Source: an uncultured beta proteobacterium (GTDB taxonomy: Bacteria; Pseudomonadota; Gammaproteobacteria; Burkholderiales; Burkholderiaceae_B). Taken from it: 64,000 nt of DNA. The stretch is taken from NCBI GenBank assembly GCA_903932425.1, contig CAIZGG010000282.1, forward strand, positions 4,049 through 68,048, written 5' to 3'. Positions 31,348 to 40,166 of the stretch are shown here, piece after piece; positions within the stretch are counted from its first letter, which is position 1; each line of letters starts with the position of its first letter. The notes below the pieces were generated by a model that saw only the letters and a program-made list of their open reading frames with translations, was not told where the DNA came from and did not search any database. The position numbers were made by a program, and so were the translations under genes.

Positions 31348-31560
31348 TTAAGAGGTTGTTTTAGGCTTGGTTGTTTTTGTCGTTTTCTTTTTAGGTGTTG
31401 TGCTCTTTTTAGGTGGAGTCTTCTTTTTAGTTGCCGTGCTCTTTTTAGGGCTCGTTTGAGCAGGTGTACCTGAGCTAGTTTGTGCTGCAACGGGTGCGAC
31501 TTGTGCAAATCCAAAAGCAGTCAGCATTAAAAATACGGCAAGTTTCTTATTCATCATCAT
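31348..31560 (-). CDS. Small secreted Lys/Thr/Pro-rich protein
   Basis: Sec signal ending VAA-Q, then PKKST/PKKKT repeats. GAAGGA RBS lies just upstream on the minus strand. Confidence 0.7.
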   Translation of the reverse strand: MMMNKKLAVFLMLTAFGFAQVAPVAAQTSSGTPAQTSPKKSTATKKKTPPKKSTTPKKKTTKTTKPKTTS

Positions 31561-31644
31561 TCCTTCAGATTGCAGGCGTAACCGGTGTAAGTAAACGTTA
31601 CTTCACCCTGCGTCTATTTTAGACTGCTTGGGCAGAAACACAAT

Positions 31645-32028
31645 TTGAAACCAGTGATTTCGCTCCTACAAGGTCCAAAAGTGCCAAAAAATCAGAAAAT
31701 CCCGCCACAAAATGTCGATTTTGATGGGATTGTGTTGTTTTTAGCCCTTGGGTTTATTGTCGGATTACCTTGCTTTATTGTTGGTACTGCTTTGTTTATG
31801 TTGGGATTTTCAACCGCCAACTCTGATTTGGTCAGCGTAGCGAGCTTGCTCTATGGCGTTGCAATAGCCGCGATCGGCGGGCGCGGCGTATTGCGTCGGT
31901 ATCCGCCTAAGTCTGAAGGGCAGGCCTTGATGATTGGTGCGGGGGCGATGGTCGTGATCGCTAGCGGCTACTGTCTGATAAACGCGATTTTCTGGGCCTT
32001 GCACCTGCCAGGCGGCTTTGGTGGATAA
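31645..32028 (+). CDS. Hypothetical membrane protein (about 3 TM)
   Basis: Hydrophobic ORF filling the intergenic gap; start uncertain. Confidence 0.5.
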   Translation: MKPVISLLQGPKVPKNQKIPPQNVDFDGIVLFLALGFIVGLPCFIVGTALFMLGFSTANSDLVSVASLLYGVAIAAIGGRGVLRRYPPKSEGQALMIGAGAMVVIASGYCLINAIFWALHLPGGFGG

Positions 32029-32065
32029 TTCGAGCAGCTTGTGTTTATTGATGGTTGGAATCTAA

Positions 32066-33046
32066 ATGTTGAAGCGAATGTGTTTGCTCGGGCTGGCCGG
32101 CCTGAGTTTGTTAGCGCCTGGTGCGTTTGGGCAGACTGCCCCAGCCACCCAATGGCCTACCCAGCCCGTGCGCATGATTGTGCCGTTTCCCGGAGGTGCC
32201 AGCACGCTTGACGCGGTGGTGCGTCTGTTGGTGCCCGAGGTTGCGCGCGAGTTGGCAAGCCCTGTTTTTGTCGAAAACAAACCCGGTGCCGGCACGGTCA
32301 TTGGCGTGGATGCGGTGGCAAAGGCGGGCGATCGGCACACTTTTGGTGGGGTCGCAAATAGTTTTGCTGTCAATCAGTCGCTCGTTCAAAACTTGCCCTA
32401 CAACCTCAGTAAAGAGTTGGTGCCAGTCATTTTGTTGGCGCGTACCGCAAACGTGCTTGCGGTACGGCCTGATCTGCCGATTCGAAATTTGAGCGAGCTG
32501 ATTGCTTACGCCAAGAAAAATCCTGGCAAGCTTTCGTATGGGTCATTCGGTAACGGCACGACCCCACATTTTGCGGGTGAAATGCTGAAATCGATGGCAG
32601 GCATCGATATGGTGCATGTGCCCTATAAGGCTCAAGGGCCCGCGCTTAATGATTTGCTTGGGGGAAATATTGACCTGATGTTTGGCAATTTGCCCGATTT
32701 TTTGGCGCATATTCGCTCGGGTAAACTCAGAGCCTTGGGCACAACCTATTTGACCCGAGCGCCTTTGGCACCAGAGATCCCCACGATTGCAGAACAAGGT
32801 CTACCTAACTTTGAAACCGACTCCTGGTACGGAATCATTGCGCCGGCCAACACCCCCAAGATTATTGTTGAACGAATGAATCTTTCGTTGAATGAGGCTT
32901 TGACACAGCTTGGCGTTGTGCAAAATCTGCGTGAACGCGGGATCGAAATGATCGGTGGTACGCCAGCAGAGTTCGGCGCGCACCTTCAACGCGAGGTCGC
33001 TAAATATGCCGACATCGTAAAAACCTCGAATATGAAAATTGACTGA
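32066..33046 (+). CDS. Bug/TctC substrate-binding protein
   Basis: WPTQPVRMIVPF, VENKPGAG, HVPYK, WYGIIAPANTP. Confidence 0.92.
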   Translation: MLKRMCLLGLAGLSLLAPGAFGQTAPATQWPTQPVRMIVPFPGGASTLDAVVRLLVPEVARELASPVFVENKPGAGTVIGVDAVAKAGDRHTFGGVANSFAVNQSLVQNLPYNLSKELVPVILLARTANVLAVRPDLPIRNLSELIAYAKKNPGKLSYGSFGNGTTPHFAGEMLKSMAGIDMVHVPYKAQGPALNDLLGGNIDLMFGNLPDFLAHIRSGKLRALGTTYLTRAPLAPEIPTIAEQGLPNFETDSWYGIIAPANTPKIIVERMNLSLNEALTQLGVVQNLRERGIEMIGGTPAEFGAHLQREVAKYADIVKTSNMKID

Positions 33047-33055
33047 GCACACCTT

Positions 33056-33883
33056 ATGACTAACTCTACAAACAAGCAGCCTTTACGCATTGCAATCGCC
33101 GGTTTGGGCGCCATCGGAAAATCCATTGCCAGCTCTTTGGCTCAAGGCGTAGTCCCCGGGGTTGTACTCACTGCCGTTTCGGCTAAAAATCAAGAGAAAG
33201 CGCAGCAGTTTGTGTCAAGCCTTGGTGTGCCGGTGAAGGTGCTCACGCTCGCCCAGCTTGAGCCTGAGGCTGATTTGGTGATCGAGTGCGCGCCAGCGGC
33301 GCTTTTAGCCGATATTGTGACCCCCTTTTTAAAAGCAAAAAAACAAGCGATTGTTTTATCGGTGGGGGCGCTATTGTTTAATCAGAATTTGATTGAGATG
33401 GCGCGGCAAGAGGGCGGCATCATCCATGTGCCCACCGGCGCACTGATTGGGCTTGATGCCATGATTGCAGCTGCCGAGGGCAAAATCCATTCGGTGCGGA
33501 TGGTCACGCGTAAACCACCCAATGGGCTGTCTGGTGCCCCGCACTTAATCGAGAACAACATCAGCGTCGAGGGCCTGACTGAGCCGAAAAAAGTATTTGA
33601 GGGCAATGCACGCGCGGCGGCTAAAGGATTTCCGGCTAATTTGAATGTGGTGGTTGCGTTGGCGTTAGCCGGCATTGGCCCTGAAAATACCTTGCTTGAA
33701 ATCTGGGCAGACCCAACGGTCGTGCGCAACACTCACAGCATCGTGGTGGATTCAGACTCAGCGAAGTTCTCCATGACCATGGAAAACATCCCATCTGAAA
33801 ACCCCAAAACTGGTCGCATTGTTGCGCAAAGCGTCATCGCGATGCTGCGTAAAATGCAAGCTAGCTTCAAGGTTGGCACCTAA
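33056..33883 (+). CDS. nadX: L-aspartate dehydrogenase family
   Basis: GLGAIG, IECA, SVGAL, GALIGLD, FPANLNV, NTH, NPKT. Confidence 0.85.
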   Translation: MTNSTNKQPLRIAIAGLGAIGKSIASSLAQGVVPGVVLTAVSAKNQEKAQQFVSSLGVPVKVLTLAQLEPEADLVIECAPAALLADIVTPFLKAKKQAIVLSVGALLFNQNLIEMARQEGGIIHVPTGALIGLDAMIAAAEGKIHSVRMVTRKPPNGLSGAPHLIENNISVEGLTEPKKVFEGNARAAAKGFPANLNVVVALALAGIGPENTLLEIWADPTVVRNTHSIVVDSDSAKFSMTMENIPSENPKTGRIVAQSVIAMLRKMQASFKVGT

Positions 33884-33907
33884 GCAAATTCAGTGCACGA
33901 ATAAGCC

Positions 33908-34795
33908 TCAAGCCGCTTGCGCGACAGCCTTTTTGCGTGGCAAATCCAGCGTCGTGACGCGGGTGAGTTCGCGTTTGTGGGCTTTATCGTCAAACGGACG
34001 AGCCCGATGCATCGTGGTGCGATTATCCCAAATGACCAAGTCACCGAGCGCCCACTCGTGGTGGCTTAAAAACTGTGGGCGTGTCGCGTGCTCGATTAAG
34101 TCGCGTAGCAATAAACGGCCTTCCGGCACCGGCCACTCGATCACGCGCTCAGCGTGCGAGGCGAGATAAAGTGATTTACGGGGCGACCCTTCTATCACAC
34201 GAACGAGCGGGTGCGTTGCCCCAAGCAACTTCGCCTTTTCTTCGGGCGAAAAATCAAAGCCCATGGTGTGTCGCGAGTACGCAATCGAGTGATGAACGTG
34301 CAGGTTGGCAATCGTGGCCTTGGTTGCGTCATCCAGGGCATCGTAGGCGGCCCGCATATCTGCAAATTCGGTATCGGCTCGCACCGGCGGTATGTTGCGC
34401 GCGTAGAGCATTGAATACCGCCCCGCTGGATCTTCAAACGAGGCGTCTGTGTGCCAGATGCGATTGCTGATCCCGTTAATGCGGCGGCGATCTTCTGCCC
34501 CCAAAATAGCGCCGTCTTGCCCAACGTTTGAGATGTCGGTTAGCGCCTCGTTGCCAAAGCGATTTTTGACCAAGACCGAGGACGAGGTTTTAGAATGTAA
34601 TTCGCCATCCAGACGTTGGGCAAAATCAAGTTGGTCTTGATTTGAAAATTGTTGTCCCCTGAACACCAAGACGCCAAACTCAGTCATGGCGGCCCGTAAT
34701 TGCTCAAGCGTTGTTTCGTCGCGTACCTGACGTAAATCAAGCGCACTGACTTCTGCCATGAAGGTGGGGTGAAGCTTTTTGAATGTTATGGTCAT
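33908..34795 (-). CDS. TauD/TfdA Fe(II)/2-oxoglutarate dioxygenase, TfdA-like
   Basis: DISN, WHTDASF, TEFADMRAAYD, SLYLASH, WDNR..MHR. Confidence 0.88.
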   Translation of the reverse strand: MTITFKKLHPTFMAEVSALDLRQVRDETTLEQLRAAMTEFGVLVFRGQQFSNQDQLDFAQRLDGELHSKTSSSVLVKNRFGNEALTDISNVGQDGAILGAEDRRRINGISNRIWHTDASFEDPAGRYSMLYARNIPPVRADTEFADMRAAYDALDDATKATIANLHVHHSIAYSRHTMGFDFSPEEKAKLLGATHPLVRVIEGSPRKSLYLASHAERVIEWPVPEGRLLLRDLIEHATRPQFLSHHEWALGDLVIWDNRTTMHRARPFDDKAHKRELTRVTTLDLPRKKAVAQAA

Positions 34796-34893
34796 ACTTA
34801 TGTCTCTCTTGTTATCTTTAGTGCTTTGGGCGCCCGTCGCGTTGCACGCCGCTTGTTGATCATAATAAATATACTCCTTTAAGCAAAAAACCC

Positions 34894-35886
34894 ATGACCT
34901 CGAAATTAATTTTTTTGACTAATCCAATTCATCCTCTGGTACACGCCGAAATGGAAACGTTTGCGCGCGTGACGGTCTCCCCGTCAATTCGCGATGAAGA
35001 CCTGATTGCGGGTGCGCGCGAGGCCTCTATCGTGGTGGTGCGCACGCCCATTCCCGCGGCCTTGTATGAGCAGGCCCCGAACCTGTTAGGTGTGATCCGG
35101 CATGGTGCTGGGGTTGACATGATTCCAATCCCTGAGGCAACCGAACGGGGTATCGCGGTGGCGAACGCGCCCGGTACCAACGCTGTGACCGTAGCCGAGT
35201 TTGCGGTCGGTCAAATGTTGTCGCTGGCTCACCGGAGCGCCGCCGCAAATCAACGTATGCGCGCGACTGGTTGGGCGAGTGCGCGCGCCTTAGCTGACCA
35301 AGGGCTCGAGTTGGCCGGGAAAAAAGTTGGCCTGGTGGGGGTCGGTGCGATTGGGCAGGCCGTTGCAAAAATGTGTCATTTTGGCTTTGGAATGAGCGTA
35401 TGTGGTTATCGACCAAGCGGTCGGGGATCGTTTGATTTTATAGAAATGACCTCGCTCGAGCAGGTTTTGAGTCAATCGGATTTTGTCGTGCTCGCTTGCC
35501 CGCTAAACGCCTCAACCAAGGGGCTCATCAGCCGTGCCTTACTCAGCAACATGAAGCCATCAAGTTATCTGATCAACGTCGCCCGTGGCGCGGTCGTGGA
35601 TCAACAGGCTTTAGTTGAGGCGTTGACCGAGAAGCGTCTTGCGGGCGCGGCGCTTGATGTGTTCACAGAGCAACCACTGCCGACAGCTTCTCCTCTGTAC
35701 GGGATGGAAAATGTGTTGCTCTCGCCTCACATGGCCGGAGTGACTGACGATAGCTTGAAGGCGATGGGTAGCTCGGTGGCGCGCCAAGCCAGACAGATCC
35801 TAAGTGGTCAATTGCCCGACCACTTAGTGAATCACGAGGCCGCCAGCCAACTGCAAGAGCATCTTGCTCGGCGATTGCGTAAATAG
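34894..35886 (+). CDS. D-isomer-specific 2-hydroxyacid dehydrogenase (SerA-like)
   Basis: RHGAGVD, GVGAIG, INVARG, ALDVF..P, SPHMAG. Confidence 0.88.
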   Translation: MTSKLIFLTNPIHPLVHAEMETFARVTVSPSIRDEDLIAGAREASIVVVRTPIPAALYEQAPNLLGVIRHGAGVDMIPIPEATERGIAVANAPGTNAVTVAEFAVGQMLSLAHRSAAANQRMRATGWASARALADQGLELAGKKVGLVGVGAIGQAVAKMCHFGFGMSVCGYRPSGRGSFDFIEMTSLEQVLSQSDFVVLACPLNASTKGLISRALLSNMKPSSYLINVARGAVVDQQALVEALTEKRLAGAALDVFTEQPLPTASPLYGMENVLLSPHMAGVTDDSLKAMGSSVARQARQILSGQLPDHLVNHEAASQLQEHLARRLRK

Positions 35887-35917
35887 TAAAAAACCCAGTA
35901 AGCACTCCGCCGATGCC

Positions 35918-36272
35918 TCAGTTGCGCAAGCAATACGCGCCGCTGACGTGATAGCCAGACGGGCAACTGCCGCTTTTGACAATTGCGGCTTTTGAGGTGT
36001 TGCTGCTAGCCAGACAATAGCCACCACTCGTGTGGTAGCCCGAGGGGCATGAGCCCACTTGGGGCAGCCCGGGCGTTCGGGGAGGAGGGCGTGCAGTAAT
36101 TGCCGCTGCTGTGATAACCGCTTGGGCAAGAACCCTGCTTAATCAGCGGTTGCGCGAGCGGGACCTGAGCCATGCTTGGCGCGCCAACGAGAGCGAAGAC
36201 GGCGGTAACCAGCCAACTTGTCAGGGTGACTTGCACGCGACGGATCGAAGAACCTGGGTGGTGGGTCGACAT
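35918..36272 (-). pseudogene. Secreted small protein with three GSCPSGYHxSGxYC repeats, frameshifted near 36057-36066
   Basis: The first frame gives a signal-like segment and GSCPSGYHSSGNYC. The shifted frame continues VGSCPSGYHTSGGYCLASSNTSKAAIVKSGSCPSGYHVSGAYCLRN* with the stop at 35918-35920. Confidence 0.75.
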
Positions 36273-36342
36273 CTTGGCAGCGCCTCTGAGCGAAGTGATC
36301 ATTGATATGCTCAAGATAACGCTGAACGCGTGTGGGATGCAA

Positions 36343-36437
36343 TTACTTTGAGGTATGCATGCATTATTTTGAAGCGAGAGGCAATTGTGTTGAGGCAGGA
36401 GGCCTTATTTTGAAGCAAGAGATAATTAGCTCGAAGC
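36343..36437. repeat. Degenerate direct-repeat array, 5 units, 20-21-bp period
   Basis: TTACTTTGAGGT (36343), TTATTTTGAAGC (36364), TTGTGTTGAGGC (36385), TTATTTTGAAGC (36405), TTAGCTCGAAGC (36426). Confidence 0.7.
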
Positions 36438-36652
36438 TTTGATATACAGAGCAGTATGCTGACCCCATAGAGCACTTGGCTAAGACAAAATTAGCACAAA
36501 AACCATGTCGATTTTTGACGAAATGCGCAATTCTTGAGCAAAACCTGCATTTGTTGGGTACCAGAACGGTGCAGGTTTTCGTCTTAGCGCGCGCGATGCT
36601 ACTATTTCAGGTTACCGAAGTATGACTATTGCAATTGAATCGAAACAAGCCA

Positions 36653-38509
36653 ATGAATCTGACCTTAAACGCACCTGATTACGTTCGCCACGATGGTTTA
36701 AAAAAGTGGGTGGCTGAGATAGCCGCAAAAGCCAAGCCCGCCAAAATTGTGTGGTGTGACGGTTCGCAAGAAGAATACGATCGACTTTGTGCCGAGATGG
36801 TGCAGTCGGGGATGTTGCACAAACTGAACCCCGCAAAACGACCCAATTCGTTTTTGGCGCGCTCGTCTCCCGATGACGTGGCCCGCGTTGAAGACCGCAC
36901 ATTTATCTGCAGCAAAAATAAGGCAGATGCTGGCCCCACCAATAACTGGATCGAGCCAGCAGAAATGCGTACCAAGCTCGATGAGTTATTCGAGGGTGCG
37001 ATGGCCGGTCGCACGATGTATGTGATTCCTTTTTCGATGGGCCCCTTAGGTTCACCGATTGCACAAATTGGCGTTGAGTTATCTGACTCGCCTTATGTTG
37101 TGGTCAACATGCGCATGATGACCCGCATGGGTAAAAAAGTGTACGACGTGCTCGGTGCGACAGGTGAGTTTGTACCCTGTGTGCACACCGTGGGCGCGCC
37201 TTTGGCTGCTGGTCAGGCTGATGTGGTTTGGCCGTGTAACAACACCAAGTACATCGTGCACTTTCCTGAAACCCGTGAAATTTGGTCGTACGGTTCGGGT
37301 TACGGCGGCAACGCGCTGCTTGGCAAAAAATGTTTTGCTTTGCGGATTGCCTCAAATATGGGCCGTGCTGACGCAAGCGCAACCTCACCCGGTTGGCTGG
37401 CTGAGCACATGTTGATTTTGGGAGTGACGGCACCTTGGGGTAAAAAATACCACGTGGCTGCTGCGTTTCCTTCAGCCTGCGGCAAAACGAACTTTGCCAT
37501 GTTGATTCCGCCGAAGGGCTTGGGTCAGCAGGGTTGGAAGATCACCACGATTGGTGACGATATCGCCTGGATCAAGCCTGATGCAAAAGGTAATCTTCGC
37601 GCAATCAACCCAGAGGCCGGCTATTTTGGGGTGGCACCAGGTACCAACGAGCAATCAAACTTTAATTGCATGGCAACCTTGGCACAAGACACAATCTTTA
37701 CCAACGTTGCCCTGACTGATGACGGTGATGTGTGGTGGGAAGGCATGAGCAAGGTTCCTCCTGCACACTGCATCGATTGGCAGGGGCGTGACTGGACACC
37801 TGAGCAAGCAAAAGAAAAAGGTATCAAGGCCGCACATCCGAACGCACGCTTCACAGTTGCTGCGACACAAAACCCTGTGTTGGATCCCGAGTGGGATAAC
37901 CCAGAGGGTGTTGTGATTGACGCCTTCATTTTTGGTGGCCGTCGCTCAACCACAGTGCCTTTGGTAACAGAAGCGCGTGATTGGTCTGAAGGCGTTTACA
38001 TGGCTGCAACCATGGGCTCTGAAACCACTGCTGCGGCTGTGGGCGAGCAAGGCGTGGTTCGTCGTGACCCCTTTGCGATGTTGCCTTTCTGTGGTTACAA
38101 CATGGCCGAGTACTTCCAGCACTGGCTGTCGTTAGGTGAACACCTGCAAGCGACTGGCGCTAAGTTGCCGCGTATTTTCTGCGTCAACTGGTTTCGCACA
38201 GATGCTGACGGTAAGTTTGTGTGGCCCGGCTTCAGCGAAAACACCCGCGTTCTGAAATGGATGTTGGGTCGTATTGAAGGCGAGGCCAAAGGTCAAGAGC
38301 ATGTGTTTGGCATTACGCCAAACTACCAAGATCTTGACTGGTCAGGTATGGATTTTTCTCTTGAAAAGTTCACCACAATTACTTCAATCGACAAAGATGC
38401 TTGGCGCAAAGAGTTTGAATTGCATGCTGAGCTGTTTGAAAAATTGGCACATGGCTTACCACCAAGCTTGCTTGAGATCAAAGCAGGCTTCGAAAGCCGT
38501 TTAGGTTAA
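36653..38509 (+). CDS. pckG: Phosphoenolpyruvate carboxykinase (GTP)
   Basis: [48 protein letters not shown]. Confidence 0.97.
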   Translation: MNLTLNAPDYVRHDGLKKWVAEIAAKAKPAKIVWCDGSQEEYDRLCAEMVQSGMLHKLNPAKRPNSFLARSSPDDVARVEDRTFICSKNKADAGPTNNWIEPAEMRTKLDELFEGAMAGRTMYVIPFSMGPLGSPIAQIGVELSDSPYVVVNMRMMTRMGKKVYDVLGATGEFVPCVHTVGAPLAAGQADVVWPCNNTKYIVHFPETREIWSYGSGYGGNALLGKKCFALRIASNMGRADASATSPGWLAEHMLILGVTAPWGKKYHVAAAFPSACGKTNFAMLIPPKGLGQQGWKITTIGDDIAWIKPDAKGNLRAINPEAGYFGVAPGTNEQSNFNCMATLAQDTIFTNVALTDDGDVWWEGMSKVPPAHCIDWQGRDWTPEQAKEKGIKAAHPNARFTVAATQNPVLDPEWDNPEGVVIDAFIFGGRRSTTVPLVTEARDWSEGVYMAATMGSETTAAAVGEQGVVRRDPFAMLPFCGYNMAEYFQHWLSLGEHLQATGAKLPRIFCVNWFRTDADGKFVWPGFSENTRVLKWMLGRIEGEAKGQEHVFGITPNYQDLDWSGMDFSLEKFTTITSIDKDAWRKEFELHAELFEKLAHGLPPSLLEIKAGFESRLG

Positions 38510-38581
38510 GTATCGAGCCACGAGCGGTTTTACGAGCGGGTCCAGAAGCAGCAATCTACTTCCCGCTCCTGAACTCAAAGC

Positions 38582-38640
38582 AAAGAGCCCCGCAGCATCT
38601 CGCTGCGGGGCTCTTTGCTTTTTCTTTTTGCTTTTTTTGC
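38582..38640. terminator. Rho-independent terminator, probably bidirectional
   Basis: AAAGAGCCCCGCAGC-atctc-GCTGCGGGGCTCTTT followed by a long T-rich tract, between convergent genes. Confidence 0.9.
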
Positions 38641-38669
38641 ACGCGTGACGCTTGCGCGCAGAACGACTG

Positions 38670-40166
38670 TCACATCTTACTTTCCCACGTTGTACTTAAA
38701 TCAAACGGATAGACGGGTCGATCAAGCTTGCTGTACGGAAACCGTGAGTAGTCAGAGCTTGTCACGCCACCGCCATCGCACTCGACCACGGCCTTGGCAA
38801 TCGGCACAAACACAGGTCGGCAATACATTCTGGATTTCAGCAACACAAAACGATGCTTGGTCGCATCAATGCCGATGTGACTGAAAATGCCCAAGTCCCA
38901 GTGCTCTTGAGGCGTCTCAGTCACCATCACCAGCGCTTGAGGCAGCTGCAGTAAGACCGTGCGCCCCATGTAAATGCGTTGACCGGTATAGGTCGGGCCG
39001 CTGATGACGTATTCGCCATCTGTGATGCGCAAGACCGCCCCGGTCAGTGTGCGGGGTGTCGTGGTGATGCCTAGTTGGGTTAACGGGACCTTGTCACCAA
39101 CGGCCACCGAAACCGTTGCGCCAACGCCCGCCGCAATCATTTGTGCAACGGCCTCAGGGTCGCACACCGGCCCGACAACGATATCTTGTAAGCCTTGTGC
39201 CAGGGCTTCGTGCAGCACATTCATGTCGTCACACGTACCGCCCGACATGCAGTTATCGCCGTGGTCTAACAGCAGCACAGGCCCCGTGCCCGGTTCTTGA
39301 GCAAGCTCTTTTGCCCGAGCGATTGAGGCCGCTAAGGATTCGCTTTGGTAGACAAAGCCCTCGCGGTTATCCCAAATAAAGCCAGCCACGACATCGGCAA
39401 ATTGCTCGGCAGCCTGTTGGTCGGCGTCGCTGATCACAACCACGCTGATACAGGGCGCAGCGATGTCAGCCAAAGAAAACCCCGCCAAGACTGAGACGCC
39501 CAGCATGCCCGCGGCCTCAGCGGCACGCGCGAGTTCGACCGCTTCGTGCATCGCACCGATATCAGTGCGACTGCATAACGTATGCGAGAGCAAGGGTAGG
39601 CGGCGCCAGGCCATCTTGGGTTTGATTTTTTTATTGATCATCTCAAGCAGCAAACGCGCGGCGTGGGCGCCGGTTTCGTACATGTCGATGTGGGGATAGG
39701 TTTTGAAGCTCACCACGATGTCGCTGTTGGCCATCGTTTTTTCAGTGATTTTTCCGTGCAAATCAAAAGCAACAGCAATTGGGGCATTGGGACACGCAGC
39801 GCGCAAACGCTCAAGTAGGTCACCTTCGCCATCGTCAGAGTTTTCGGCGACCATGGCGCCATGCAGATCGAGTGCGATGGCATCGCAACCGGCTGCGGCT
39901 GCCACAATCACATCGCACAGATGGGTGTAAGCCTGTGCGGCCACGCGACCGCTTGGGTTGGCTGTGGCGCTGCAGGCTACGACAACTTGATGGCCGGCTT
40001 GTTCAAGCAGATCAATGTAGGCGGCGATGCCGGTGCGTGTGCCCTTAGAGGCAGCGTAGGCTTGATCACCATAGGTTGGGCCATGATCGCCAAATGAAGA
40101 CAGTGGTGTGGGAACCGGCGAAAACGTGTTGGTTTCGTGATTGAGTCGCGCAAGTAGTATTTTCAT
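38670..40166 (-). CDS. M81-family metallopeptidase (MlrC-like)
   Basis: HETNTFSP, LDLHGAM, DGEGDLL, DLHG, YPHID, DHGDN, LKS. Confidence 0.88.
   Translation of the reverse strand: MKILLARLNHETNTFSPVPTPLSSFGDHGPTYGDQAYAASKGTRTGIAAYIDLLEQAGHQVVVACSATANPSGRVAAQAYTHLCDVIVAAAAGCDAIALDLHGAMVAENSDDGEGDLLERLRAACPNAPIAVAFDLHGKITEKTMANSDIVVSFKTYPHIDMYETGAHAARLLLEMINKKIKPKMAWRRLPLLSHTLCSRTDIGAMHEAVELARAAEAAGMLGVSVLAGFSLADIAAPCISVVVISDADQQAAEQFADVVAGFIWDNREGFVYQSESLAASIARAKELAQEPGTGPVLLLDHGDNCMSGGTCDDMNVLHEALAQGLQDIVVGPVCDPEAVAQMIAAGVGATVSVAVGDKVPLTQLGITTTPRTLTGAVLRITDGEYVISGPTYTGQRIYMGRTVLLQLPQALVMVTETPQEHWDLGIFSHIGIDATKHRFVLLKSRMYCRPVFVPIAKAVVECDGGGVTSSDYSRFPYSKLDRPVYPFDLSTTWESKM

Noticed and set aside
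38670-40166. Microcystin degradation (mlr) cluster
   Set aside because: Only an M81 family member is present, without mlrA, mlrB or mlrD, and the family is widespread.
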